Origin: Octopus sinensis
Lineage: Eukaryota
Length of the DNA stretch: 64,000 bases
NCBI RefSeq assembly: GCF_006345805.1
Contig: NC_043003.1
Coordinates: 16,492,001-16,556,000, forward strand
Direction of reading: 5' to 3'
This document shows, piece by piece, positions 38,420 through 51,375 of the stretch. The notes beneath the pieces were generated by a model. The model did no database searches. It was not told the origin of the DNA and saw nothing but the letters and a program-made list of their open reading frames with translations. Both the position numbers and the translations under genes were made by a program. Each line of letters opens with the position of its first letter. The first letter of the stretch is position 1.

Positions 38420-39350
38420 TTATTTTACTTGTTTCAGTCATTTGACTGCGGCCATGCTAGAGTCCCGCCTTTAATTGGGCAAGTCGCCCCCAGAATATAT
38501 TCTTTGTAAGTCAAGTACTTATCCTATCAGTCTCTTTTCCTGAGCAGCTAATTTACGGGGACGTAAACACAGCAGCGTCGGTTGTGAAGTGATATTGAGG
38601 GGACAAACACAGACACACAAACATACACACACACCCACATATATATACGACGGGCTTCTTTCAGTTTCCGTCTACAAGATCCACCCACACGGATTTGGTC
38701 GGCCCGAGGCTATAGTAGAAGACACTTGCCCGAGGTGCCACGCAGTGGAACTGAACCCGGAAGCATGCGGTTGGTAAACAAGCTACTTACCACACAGCCA
38801 CTCCTGCATTCTGGGGCATCGCTTTGAAGGGTTTAGTTGAACAAATCGATCCCAGTACTAAATTTTTTTTAAATGTCTGAGAGTTATTCCATTGTTGTCT
38901 CTTTCGACGAGCCTCTAAGATACAACGACGGAAACAAACCGACACCAGGTGTCAAGCGATGGAAAGAAAGCACACACACACACACACACACATACAAGTG
39001 TATACATCCACCTTGAAGAATGCTTAGTCGAATGAATCGGCCCCAGTACAATTTTTTTTATGTTAACCTTGTTACTTATTCTATCGGTCTCTTTTGCCGA
39101 ACCGCTAATTTACGGGTACATAAACACACCAATACTGGTTGCCAAGCAATGGTGGTGGTGGTGGGGGGGGGGACAAACACAAACATACATACACATAAAT
39201 ATATATTTATTCAATGAGCTTCTTTTCAGTTTCCACCTACCAAATCTACTCATAAAGCTTTGGTCGACCCTAAGCTATAATAGAAGACACTTGCCCAAGG
39301 TGCCAAGCAGTGGTACTGAACTTGGAACCATGCTATTGAGAAACAACCTT
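38420..39350 (-). mobile_element. Cluster of SINE family B copies
   Basis: Repeated B tails and heads. Confidence 0.8.
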
Positions 39351-39357
39351 CTTAGTT

Positions 39358-39770
39358 CTTTATTGCCCACAAGGGGCTAAACATAAAGAGGACACAAACA
39401 AAGACAGACAAAGGGATGAAGTCGATTACATCGACCACCAGTGCGTAACTGGTACTTAATTTATCAACCCCGGAAGGATGAAAGGCAAATTCAACCTCGG
39501 CGGAATTTGAACTCAGAACGTAACGGCAGACAAAACACCTATTTCTTTATTACCCACAAGGAGCTAAACGTAGAGAGGACAAACAAGGACAGACAAACGG
39601 ATTAAATCGATTATATCGACCCCAGTGCGTAACTGGTACATAATTTATCGACCCCGAAAGGATGAAAGGCAAAGTCGACCTCGGTGGAATTTGAACTCAG
39701 AACGCAGCGGCGGACGAAATACCACAAAGCATTTCTCCCGGCGTGCTAACGTTTCTGCCAGCTCGCCGCA
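39358..39770 (-). mobile_element. SINE family A dimer
   Basis: Same unit junction at ~39538. Confidence 0.9.
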
Positions 39771-40959
39771 TTTCTGCTAACACTCGTCCTTGACTTTGAT
39801 GACAATAATAATATTTATTTCACCTACTACGGATGTGTGAAGAAGACTAATCAAGACATTGGTGGCAGGACTGGGGCAAAAGTAGAAGATGCTCAAGTCT
39901 CCGTGTTGTGGGACTGAATTCATAACAACTCTATTGAATGGAATGAGTTGAAATCGAAACTGCAAGAGGAAAGACGGGTGCTTAGTGAATTCAACCTCGC
40001 TTCAAGTCACCGTATCACATTTTTATATATTTACAAATTTTTATACAACTATACATAATATATTGTGTATATGTAGTTATGTTTATGGAAATACATATTA
40101 ATATACCTATATCGTCTATACATACATGTTTTAATACACAGACAGTCCCACACACGCACGCACATATATGCTTTACATATGCATACATTATATGAATACA
40201 TACATTATATGAATATGTATGCATAAATATGTATACACGCTTAGCAACCTGCATATATTCATACATATACATATATGTATGCACACACACACAGGCACAT
40301 TCAGTATAGTTATGAAAGCGATATGATACATTACGACTATATAAACGAAGTAAAAACAATTAATTTAAACGGGCTGAGGACAGCTAAGATACAAATGGCG
40401 GATGCATTGTTCGTTAATCTCCGGCGGCCGATAAAATTATTGCTAAACTGACAAACGGCCTGTCATTATTAATACATATCTGTTACGTAAACGCAGTAAA
40501 TAATTCATCTATCGAGAGACATTCCCCATATGCTGACCCGCACTTTATATTTCAAGAGGGTTTTTTTTTCCTCTGTTTTATTATTATTTTTTTTTTCGTA
40601 CATATAATATTCGGTCAAAAAACTTTTGCTTTAGCAATCTCAAATTCTGATATTATTTGACTTCTGTGGTTTTATTACTGATTATCACACACTGACACAT
40701 ACACACGCGCGCACAGGAACACGCACGCGTGCACACACATGCATACGCTCACACACATATGCATATATGCATACACATTATATACGGTGTATATATATCT
40801 ATGTATGTATGTATGTATGTATGTATGTATGTATGTATGTGTGTATGAATATATATACATATATATAGACACACACACATACAGAGAGAGAGAGAGAGAG
40901 TGAGAGCGGGTAATATATATATGTATGTGTGTATATATATGTGTATGTATGCAGGTAGG

Positions 40960-41045
40960 TAGAAGTAGGTAGGTAGGTAGGTAGGTAGGTAGATAGATAG
41001 ATAGTTAGATAGTTAGATAGATAGTTAGATAGTTAGATAGATAGT

Positions 41046-41115
<70 letters not shown>
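40960..41115. repeat. (TAGG)n/(TAGA)n microsatellite
   Basis: Direct inspection. Confidence 0.95.
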
Positions 41116-41117
<2 letters not shown>

Positions 41118-42336
41118 AATACACACAGAGAAAAAGAGGTACAGAGATATAGAAATATAGAGATTGTATCTATTTGTGTATATGGCAGTTTTATAGGAAT
41201 CTGAAATACAATTTAGTAAACACTAAAATATCTATTCAATACTGTGAAATAAAGTGGAATAATATTAGTTATTCATTCGGGGACGATTCCCTGTATATTC
41301 ATAAAGGGGGTTTCTCATTTCCGGGAGTCTGGCCATCAGTACTGCGGTTTTTGAGACGGTTATAGACATTTAATACTTAAACTTACATATATGTTTTCGT
41401 ATATTTCGGAGTGAGGCCGAAAAGTTCATACGCTGACTATGAAAGAGTGAAGGTAGAGCTAAGAAATCTTGCATGCATTAATTTCGGCATCTGACTCTTC
41501 GAAAAAGACTTCAAAAGTAACTAGTAGCGTCTATTATTGGAAAATCGACTATTAATAGAAGGTCGACTATCATTATTATTATTAGATCGATCTTATAGTC
41601 GACTCTTAGATCGATCTTCATCGAGAGGGTCTGAAAGCAGAAAAAAACTTAGGAGTTAGGAGTGTGCCTACATGGAAAGTTGCGTATACAAATAAATTAT
41701 GTAATCAAGTCTTATCGTTACAGCTGTTTCGGTGAAACGATGATTGGGGCCAACATATGTAATGCAGAGTTCATGAGCATGCATTAACACTAACACAAAT
41801 CACAGTGAGAACATGTTCCAATGATGCAAAACCTCTGAACTGATGGCAATGGACAGTGTTACTCGGATCCCAATGTTTAAATAATGGCTGGGGAAGGAAG
41901 CATATCGATTATTCATATCTCTCGTTTGTAACTGCGAATTGACTGCCTCCAATCTTCTCGTTCCATTATACCTTTCTTTGCTCAGCTAACTCCTAGGCTA
42001 CCTATTCGGGGTGGTTGCCTGACTATATTATTTTAGTCTTACACGTGTTCACTTCATTATCCCGAACTATTTCGTCGAATATCTAAATATCTCGCTTCTC
42101 TTTGCCACTCTGGTGGAGCATACATTTGTTTCTTATCTATTTCTGTCCCAATCAAAGTCTTGTATTTTGCGCTGCAACAATTTCTGACATAGGTGCAAGC
42201 ATCATTAGCCGGGCAGCACAAACAACAGGAAACACTAAGCCCTAGCCTCATGCAGCAGTGAGTTATTGCTACTTTAAACTTCTCCACTAACGATATAAAG
42301 GACGCTTTTTTTTGCTAACGGTTTACTGTCTCATTG

Positions 42337-42640
42337 TGGAGGCACATGGCCTAGTGGTTAGAGCAGCGGACTCGCGGTCGAGGGATCGCGGGTTCGAATC
42401 TCAGATCGGGCGATGTGTGTGTTTATGAGCGAAACACCTAAGCTCTACGCGGCTCCGGCAGAAGGTAATGGCAAACTTCTACTGACTCATTCGCCACAAC
42501 TTTCTCACTCCTTCCTCCTGCATCTTGCAGTTCACCTGCGACGGACCGGCGTTCCGTCTAGGTGGGGAACCTATACGCCAAGAAAACCAGGAAACCGGCC
42601 GTTATGAGCCAGGCATGGCTCGAGAAGGAACAAACAACCG
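42337..42640 (+). mobile_element. SINE related to family C (diverged variant with V-like block)
   Basis: Head TGGAGGCACATGGCCTAGTGG; CCTGCGACGGACCGGCGTTCCGTC. Confidence 0.8.
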
Positions 42641-42869
42641 TCTCATTCCTGTAGAGCCTGGCAGGGGATCAAGCCATTTTCGTAGTCCTGGGCAGCCCCT
42701 TTGTTTTTATTTTTAGGTTCTTGCTAATGGTAGTTCATACATTCAGATTACTCATAAGAGCGTTGGCAATACGCACTTATGAACCAAATATGTTTCACTT
42801 GTAAATGGCAGTTAGTGTCGACGCAGCATCAATCTCATTAGCCACAATTAACCTTAAACCTTAATTACT

Positions 42870-43230
42870 TGTTCCCTGATGGCTTCAGTTGTTGGATAGC
42901 TGCCATGTTGGAGCGCCTCATTTTGAAGTTAGTCTAACAAATCGATCCCAGTACTTATTCCTTCAAGTTTGGTACTTATTCTATCGATATCTTTACCGAA
43001 TCGTTAAGTTACCGACACACACATACGCATATGTGTGTATGTGTGTATGTGCGTCGCGCGTGTGTGTACATGTATATTATACACAGACACGCGCGGCAGA
43101 TTTTTACAGTTTTCGTCTACCAAATTCTCTCATACGTCATTGGTCGGCTTAGTGCTATAGCAGAAGAAACTCAAAGTGTCACACAGTGGGACTGAACTCG
43201 CAACCACTTGGTTGCGAAGCCATGTCTGTG
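42870..43230 (-). mobile_element. Degraded SINE family B
   Basis: Similarity to B. Confidence 0.7.
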
Positions 43231-43583
43231 CTAATACACACAGGTACCATCATTTCTATAAATAAGGATTAATGCATTTTATTGAAACTGTACGTTAAAA
43301 TAAAAAAATTCTATTTTCAGCAGGAAATTATTCTCAAATATTTGCATCCCTAGTAAACAATATTCAGAAACAGGGCTCCAGTATGGCCACATATTAAATC
43401 CATCGAAAAGCAAGGTTTACTTTACATTGTATTAAATCCTTCTCATCCTACCTCTTTCTCTCCTTCTTTCACTCACATTCAATCTCTTGCTTTTATCTCA
43501 GATTTGATGAAAACTATATTTCGTACTGAAAGAAACTACCAATATATATATATATAATATATATATATATATAACGATAAACG

Positions 43584-43801
43584 TCGCCCTTTTCAAATCT
43601 AGCCAGGCTCATGGGCCCGGTTTCCCGGTTTTTGTGGCGTATGTGTTCCCCCCAGCTGGACGGGATTCCAGTCCGTTGCAGCGTTACTCAAGAAACAGGA
43701 AGAGAGGGTGAGAGAAAGTTGTTGCGAAAGAGTACAACAGGGGTCGCCACCACCCCCTGCCAGAGCCTCGTGGAGCTTTCAGGTGTTTTCGCTCAATAAA
43801 C
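43584..43801 (-). mobile_element. SINE family C, head missing
   Basis: Reverse complement of the C body and tail. Confidence 0.85.
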
Positions 43802-43842
43802 AAACACACACACACACACACACACACATATTTATATATATA

Positions 43843-44163
43843 AAGGCGCGTGGCTTAGTGGTGAGGGCATTCGGCTCGCGATTGTAAGGTCGTGAGTTCG
43901 ATTCCCGGCGACGCGTTGTGTTCTTCAGCAAGACACTTTATCTCACGTTGCTCCAGTCTACTCAGCTGGCCAAAATGTGTTGTACTTGTATTTCAAAGGG
44001 ACGGCCTTGTCACACTCTGTGTCACGCTGAATCTCCCTGAGAACTAAGTTAGGGGTACGCGTGTGTGTGGATTGCTCAGTCACTTGCACATTAATTTCAC
44101 ATGCAGGCTGTTCCGTTGATCGTATCAGCCGGGACCCTCGTCGTCGTAACTGACGGAGTGCTC
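43843..44163 (+). mobile_element. SINE family D (tRNA head plus CORE-like CACGTTGCTCCAGT..CACTCAGCTG)
   Basis: Matches 48241-48560; head shared with 50508-50840. Confidence 0.85.
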
Positions 44164-44180
44164 CTATATATCTACTTACC

Positions 44181-44259
<79 letters not shown>

Positions 44260-45589
44260 AACAATTTAACGTATACAAGTAACAAAAGCTTTCTGTCGCC
44301 ACAGAATCACATCTTACACACAAATAAGAATTTGAATTTAGTGAGAAAAAATAATGAACCAGACGATCATTTTAACTTCATCAATTTGCGTATGTTTGCA
44401 ATACACTGAAAGCATAATTAGCATTTCAACAAAATATTTATCAGGGTTTTTTTTAATGTATTTTTTAACCAGAACCGAATGAAATGGTGAAAGTAGAGAG
44501 AAAAATCACGAAATATATCAAAATCTATTACGTTAGTACATAATTTAATTTGTCAGTGCAACTCAAAATATTTTGTTATTGTTTCTAATTAGTTCAAATA
44601 TTAATTAGATCTTAAAGAATCTTACAGGTATACTAAATTTAAAACAGATTTTTAAAATATATAATGGGAAAACGTTATAAACTTTTCATAGCCAAGTCTT
44701 GTTATATTTTGAAACCGGCAGACTGTCGATTGGCAGAAACAAGTGAGCGTCAGAAAAAAAAATAGAAAGAAAAAATACTTGTGGTATTTTTCTCCTGTTC
44801 TTTACATTCTAAGTTCAAATCCTGCCGAAGTCAGGTTCGACTTTCACCCACCCGGCGTCGAGAAATTAAAGTACCAGTCAAATACTAGGAACGATTTAAT
44901 TAACTGTTTCCTTTTTTTTTTTTTTCAAATTCCAGTCCTAGTGCCTAGGTTAGAAGCAATTATCAAATATGTTATTAGAGCTGTTTTTTTGCCAGATATC
45001 ATTTGACCGCCTCTTGAACTTTTGATTGAAATCCAACTAAAATCTGTTCAACCATTCATCTTTCCAGTCTTGTTACAATAAAATACCCGACAAGAAGACA
45101 ACTCGACTTACTCGACTAACCCTCTACTTCCAAATTTGTGGTCCTGCTCCAAGAAATGATTAGCTAATAATCTACCGTTATCTAAAGATAAAATCAAATA
45201 CAGAGAAACTGGCAATGGTCCGCATCGGCAAAGCTTGTATTATTTACAAATAGATAGAACAACATTTCATTTTCAAACTCAAAATAATCATGTTACTTTT
45301 TGGTTTAAATAAACGTTTTTTTTCTTTTTACTCCTCCACATCATCTTAGTTCAATAAGCCAATTCTTATCCTTCATCTCCTGCCTCACTTCAGTGTTTAA
45401 CTCAGACTTTCCCTCACTCACTTCTCCTCTCTTTTTCACAGTACGGCTCTACCTCTCTCGCCTAGTTTCTTTCTCCTATTTCCGGTCGACTATGAAATTC
45501 ACCATGTCTTGCGTTCCTCATCAGTTGCAGCCAGTTTTTCAAACATGCTTCGGTCTCTCTTGAGCCCTAGAGCTCGTAACACTGGAACT

Positions 45590-45770
45590 TAATCCGGTTT
45601 TCATTGTGTATAAGTAACTGCGACTCATTTACAGCTGAGCGCACTGGAGAAATGCGAAATGAAGTGTCTTGCTCAAGAACACAATGTATCACTCGGTCCG
45701 GGAATCGAAACCACGATATTACGATCGTGGGTGTATCACCTTAACCCCTTGGTCACACTCCTTCACCTTT
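45590..45770 (-). mobile_element. Family D-like SINE head with a different tail
   Basis: AAGTGTCTTGCTCAAGAACACAA block. Confidence 0.7.
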
Positions 45771-48240
45771 CTCAGACACAGAGCAAATAAATTTCTGCAG
45801 CCTTTCTTATATCTCTTTCCAGTCAACTTTACAATTTCTTTATTATCCATAAAAGACTATACATAGAATTGAACAATACAACTGATGGGATCAGTAAAGC
45901 GGTATGATTTTACATATAATATGACTTTAAAAATTTAAAAACAATATATAAAAATCGGATGGAAAAACAATACAAAAACAATACAAATGATCAGGCCACA
46001 CTCCGACCCCACAAGCCCTGATCTACCGCTAGTACCTTTATTTTCTTTTTTACCGGTCTATTCACACGGTTCCTTACAAGCGCAACACTCGTGCAACATG
46101 CTTCCATCTCTTTTGGAACGTACACTCCGACAGACACCTTTTCTCCAGCCACAGCTTCCTTTTCAAACGAAAAGAAGAAGAAAAGATCGTAAATTGTGAC
46201 CAGAGACAAAGTTGCCTGTCTTAATTCCTTTCATCCTAGTCTTCTTCTAGTCAACTTTAATCTAAAGGATGCCTCTGTTCGAAACGTTGAATACTCCCCT
46301 TCCCAATTTCACTGCATTATTTCTGTGGCTGTCCTTTAAATATTGACTTCATTTTACTTTGGTGCACGAAGAGAGCTTACAGACAAACAGCTATAGTCAT
46401 TATACGAATCAGGGTCGGATGGAAACAAAATTGATGGCATTTGAGCTCAGAATATAGCGGAATGAGTGGGACGTTAAACTTTAGAATGCTTTGACATGGG
46501 TGCTCTACAACTTCTGCCAAATCTCCTACTCATGTTATTTGATTATTGGTTTTTAAAACGCACATAATTTTATCTATAATTCAAATCAAAAATATGTCGA
46601 AACTGGATTAAAAGATGCTCGGGTTTTGATTGCAAACAAATATTAGCATATACTTCATAGTAAATGATAAAGAGTTTTCATTTCTAATAAATCTCAGATC
46701 TTTTGTTTGTTTTGTCCGTCATTATAACTGTTGTTATGGAGTAAATATCTTTATGAGTTTCTTCTTAATTTCCGTTCAAATTTTTTTTCACTAAGCAATG
46801 GGAGCGGATATATACAAACACACACACACTCACACATACATATTTACATACATATGAGACAAATATGTACATGCATGTACATAGATACATATATGTGTGT
46901 ATGAGTGAATGTGTGTTTATATGCATGTATGTATCTGTGTGTGTGTATATGTATGTCGCTCTTTCTCTCTTCGTTTGAAAAAAAGTTCGTTTCCATGTTT
47001 TTGTTTTCGTTTCTCATTGTGTTCAACGTTTTTTTGATGTCCTGTACCCATATATGCACGTATATATACATATAGATGTAGGTATGTACATACATGTATG
47101 TATATATATATATATACGATTGGCTCCTACACAGCTTCCGTTTCCGTCAATCAAATTCACTCTCAAGCTTCGGGCAGCCTGGGGTCACAGAAGAACTTCT
47201 TAACCGTACAGTCATGCCTGGGCCCCAAAAGAATAGAATTAGATATTCTTATATCTAATTCTATTGTGGCGTGAAATATGATATTCTCATATTTGGTAAA
47301 GTTATGATATGCAAAGTGCTGACAAGTTAATTTAGCAGACCACCGAAACAGGAACTCGAAATCAGTTCGATAGATGACTTCAGGCGGTAAATGTTGAAGT
47401 TAAGGAAATTGTATCATATGTAAACTCAACTACTTACTATTTACTTTTAATGCCTGGTGGATCTACTCTAAATAATTATTTAATATGATTTCCAAAGTGC
47501 AGGCTTTATGTTACCATTATGCTGCTCATTGTACGAATATACGTTAGTATACTTTACAAAATGTATCTAGCTCAGTAAGATTAACCCTATGATAACGATT
47601 ATACGTGAGGAATTTGGATTCAATTCGAAGCAATTTAATAAATATACGGTTTGATTAATGGGAAATAAGAAAAAGAAATTCTACTGTCATATAATTTGGA
47701 GGTGAAACGTAACAGCTATGAATCACGATCATGTTTAGAAGTATTATTCATAATCACATTTTGTAAAATTTGCGTGATGTATTGAATTATCCAACCTGTT
47801 TGAGTGGATCATTTAATCAACTACAAAAATTATATTCCATTTCTTTCTTTTATATCTCTTATGTTGAGTTACGAACTGCTTCTTTATTTTTCGTAAAGTG
47901 TTTTCTTATTTCATATTTCATGCATATTTTTTCTCCTTTCGTTTTGTGGTATTGTGTTTATACTCTTCGTGTTGCCATTGAAATAAGAAAAAAATCTTAT
48001 GAAGTCGGTAGCACATGTATTCAGTAGTCACACGTAACTGAGTTTTATTGGGCTTTTTAGTTTTACTTTTAATGGTTGTGTATTCTTTTTCTATCTAGGC
48101 ACAATTTTGAAGGGAGGGGGCCAGTCGATTAGATCGACCTCAGTACGCAACTGGTACTTAATGTATCGATCCCGAAAAGGTGAAAGGCAAAGTCGACATC
48201 GGCAGAATTTTTAATGGATATATGTTACATAAATTTATGA

Positions 48241-48560
48241 CGACACGTGACTTAGTGGTAAGGGCATTTAGCTCACAATCGTAAGGTCGGGAGTTCAATT
48301 AACGGCGGTGCGTTGTGTCCTTCAGCAAAACACTTTCTTTCACGTTGCTCCAGTTCACTCAGCTGGCGAAAATGAGTAGTTCTGGTATTTCAAAGGGCCA
48401 GCCTTGTCACACTCTGTTTCACACTGAATCTCCCTGAAAATTATGTTACGAGTATGCGTGTCTGTGGAGTGCTCAGCCACTTGCACGTTAATTTCACGAG
48501 CAGGCTGCTCCGTTGATCGCATCAACTAAAATCCCTCGTCGTCGTAAACGACGGAGTGTC
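48241..48560 (+). mobile_element. SINE family D
   Basis: Matches 43843-44163. Confidence 0.85.
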
Positions 48561-49059
48561 GGTTAAGTTAATTACATGAATTTATTTGAACAATTATAGA
48601 AGGATTAGCTGAGATGGGATATCTACGTGTCGGTCGAGATGTCCATCTCATTAGTTACACAGTATCTTTAAGCTCATAACTGAATTTTCTTCTATCTCTC
48701 TCGAAGCCTAAAATTTCGGAAAGGTGCATAGCCGATTACACATTAGTCGACACACTTGGCCCTATTTCTTATCTGGTGTCCTTTAGTGATGCTTGTGGGA
48801 TGAAAGGCAAAGTTGACTCTAACGAGTCATTGAAAGCAGGAAGTTAAAAGTCGGAGCAAACCTAGCAATATATATTTCCGAGACTTCGACGAGTCTTCCA
48901 TTTCACCGCGCTGATAACATATTTAATAAGGATTTTGCATGAACCCCAGTGTTCACCTGGTACTTATTTTATCGATCCCGAAAGGATGAAAGACAGAATT
49001 TTTGCTCAACGTACTAAAGATTCTGCCAGTTCGCCTCCTTGATAACATATTTAATAATC

Positions 49060-49270
49060 CTTTCTACTATAGGCTCAAGGCCTGAAATTTGGAGGAGGGG
49101 ACTAGTCGATTACATCGACCCCAGTGTTTCGGTGGTACTTATTTCATCGACCCCCGAAAAGATGAAAAGCAAAGTCGACCTCGGCGGAATTTGAACTCAA
49201 AACTTACAGACGGGCGAAATACCGCAAGCATTCGCCTAGCGTGTTAATGATTTTGCCTGCTTTCCGCCTT
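49060..49270 (-). mobile_element. SINE family A variant with alternative tail (also 48090-48210 and 53620-53830)
   Basis: A head and core with tail GGCACAAGGCCTGAAATTT (as read on plus). Confidence 0.8.
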
Positions 49271-50359
49271 GATATCATATTCAGTAATACTAGTTTATCA
49301 ATATCAAAATATAACAATTCCTGTCTAAAATGCATTGATAACAGACACGTTTCCCTTTGTCCATAAAAAGATATATACAACCGGAAGATTCTTGCTGCTT
49401 TAATTGATATTAGATCTAAATACAAATACATCGAGTTCAGTAGAAAATTAAATTATGTGCATACATAATAGATTTTTATGCTATGTGTTTATCTTTCACT
49501 GTTTCATTGGTTCCGGTTTAATATTTATTTCAAAAATACCTTGTCCAAATCTTTACCGAGTCGGAAGTACACTTTGTAGAATGATTAGTCCGTCATTGTT
49601 AACAGCGAAAAATTAACGAGTATTTTGTTAGTTCGTTGTTATTAGTTACAATTCTATCGTAAAAGTTCAGGCTTGCAATACTCACACTGTCGGTGAAAGC
49701 AAAATCCAAAGCCAGAATTCTTCCAACCATACGTATGAACACCTTATGACAGCCCAGTTAAAATAATCTTGTGCACAACATTTTTATCAAGTTTGCTTAA
49801 CCTGTTGGGCCGATGTTAGTTTTGTACCACTACCACCACAGAACTTGTAAGAAAAGCAGTTGGGACCTTCATGAAATGCACATCTTACAGGTTGTACCGC
49901 CTCTCGAATTGTAACAGAGCTTTTTAGCGAAAGGAGAGACATAAAAATTTACAAACTCATCTTACTCTGTAATTTTTAACCAGGATAGTTCTGTTAGCTG
50001 CATTATTGCTGAAAAGAAACTGTCACATTTGCTGCATATTTCGCCTTAAAGTCGATATTGTACACATGCAACAAATGTCTTCTCAGACTCTTCCTTCTTC
50101 ACGTTCCTTGTTAGTCTCATTGCAACGTATACTAATTTGTCTCAGGGTAAAAATGGCCTCAGAGCGTCCAACGAGTTGTACAGCCACAATATCGCGTCTT
50201 TCATCACTCTAAAACAGTGAGGACCAATACTATCTCCCATTCGCAAAAGAACATTATGAATTTCTCCTCTCTCTCTCTCTCTCTGTACACACACACATAT
50301 ATATATATATTTACATACATATATTTTCTTTTATTTAATAGACACAATACATAATTTTA

Positions 50360-50416
50360 TGTGCTACTAATAGTTTCATATGTTGAAAAATACCTCAGAT
50401 ATATTCATCAGGCACA
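50360..50416 (-). ncRNA. Type-I hammerhead ribozyme with intact catalytic core
   Basis: TGTGC-CTGATGA-ATAT(..)ATAT-GAAAC-TATTA-GTA-GCACA: 5-bp stem I, canonical CUGAUGA/GAAA, stem III ACUA-U-UAGU, GUA triplet. Confidence 0.75.
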
Positions 50417-50507
50417 GACCGCGTATCGTAACGAACTATTTTTAGTTAGTTATGTGGTCTGTGCCTCATGAATATGTTTGAGGTACTTCTCAACATATGA
50501 AACTATT

Positions 50508-50841
50508 GAGATCCCCTTCGGTCATGAATGACCATGGGATTGCACCTAGAAAGTTACCCTCCCAGGCACAAGTCCGGGCAAGGTTGTTTATGGAAGACCA
50601 GCAGCTGCCCATGCATACCGGCCTCCCCTCTCCACGCCACTGATGTTATCCAAGGGAAAGGCAACAGATACAGCTTGGCACTTGTGACGTCACAACTCAT
50701 TTCTACAGATGAGTGAACTGGAGCAACGTGAAATAAAGTGTCTTGCTCAAGAACACAACACGCAGCCCGGTCCGGGATTCGAATTCACAACCTCACGATC
50801 GTACGCTCGACTCTCTAACCACTGAGCCATGCGCCTTCACT
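50508..50841 (-). mobile_element. SINE (family D head, different tail) with 12-bp TSD
   Basis: TATGA(A/C)ACTATT at 50496-50507 and 50842-50853. Confidence 0.9.
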
Positions 50842-50989
50842 TATGACACTATTAATAGCACATAAAAACATGTATTATGTCTGTTAAATAATATTTATCT
50901 CTCACCATATGGAGCACTTTTTTTTGTTGATCTTAACATCGCGGAAAAGTACGTTATATATATATATTTTGTCAAGTTATTCTTTCTTT

Positions 50990-51375
50990 TGTTCTTTTAC
51001 TTGATTCAGTCATTTGACTGTGGCCATGCTGGAGTACCACCATTAGTCGCAAAAATGGACCCCAGGATATATTCTTTGTAAGCCTAGTACTTATTATATC
51101 GGTTCTTTTGCCGAACCTCTAAGTTACGGAGACGTAAACACATCCACATCGGTTGTCAAGCGATGGTAGGAGGACAAACACACACACACATAAATACACA
51201 CACTTATGTACGACGGGTTTCTTTCAGTTTCCATCTAACAAATCCACTCACAAGTCTTTCGTCGGCTTGAGACTATAGTAGAAAACACTTGCCCAAACTG
51301 CCACGCACTAGCACTGAACCCGGAACCATGTGGCTGAGAAGCTAACTTCTTACCACGCAGCCACGCTGGGCCTAC
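50990..51375 (-). mobile_element. SINE family B
   Basis: Similarity to B. Confidence 0.85.

Larger units (their letters stand above)
50331..50891. mobile_element. Inverted pair of hammerhead-bearing repeats (PLE pLTR-like); right arm split by a SINE
   Basis: Left arm 50331-50425 is the reverse complement of 50451-50507 plus 50854-50891. Confidence 0.85.

Noticed and set aside
41710-41745. GAAAC-AGCT-GTA with ATCGT/ACGAT pairing on minus
   Set aside because: Core and stem II are absent; could be chance.
46255-46296. CTAAAGGATGCCTCTGTTCGAAACGTT hammerhead-like remnant
   Set aside because: Core has multiple changes and stems I and II do not pair.
48606-48655. Hairpin as a possible pre-miRNA
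   Set aside because: Only ~14 bp of stem, too short for a Drosha substrate.
49800-50215. Possible minus-strand exons (SVTIREAVQPVRCAFHEG..; SDERRDIVAVQLVGR..)
   Set aside because: Frames are short and interrupted by stops, splice signals are weak, and no family is recognisable.
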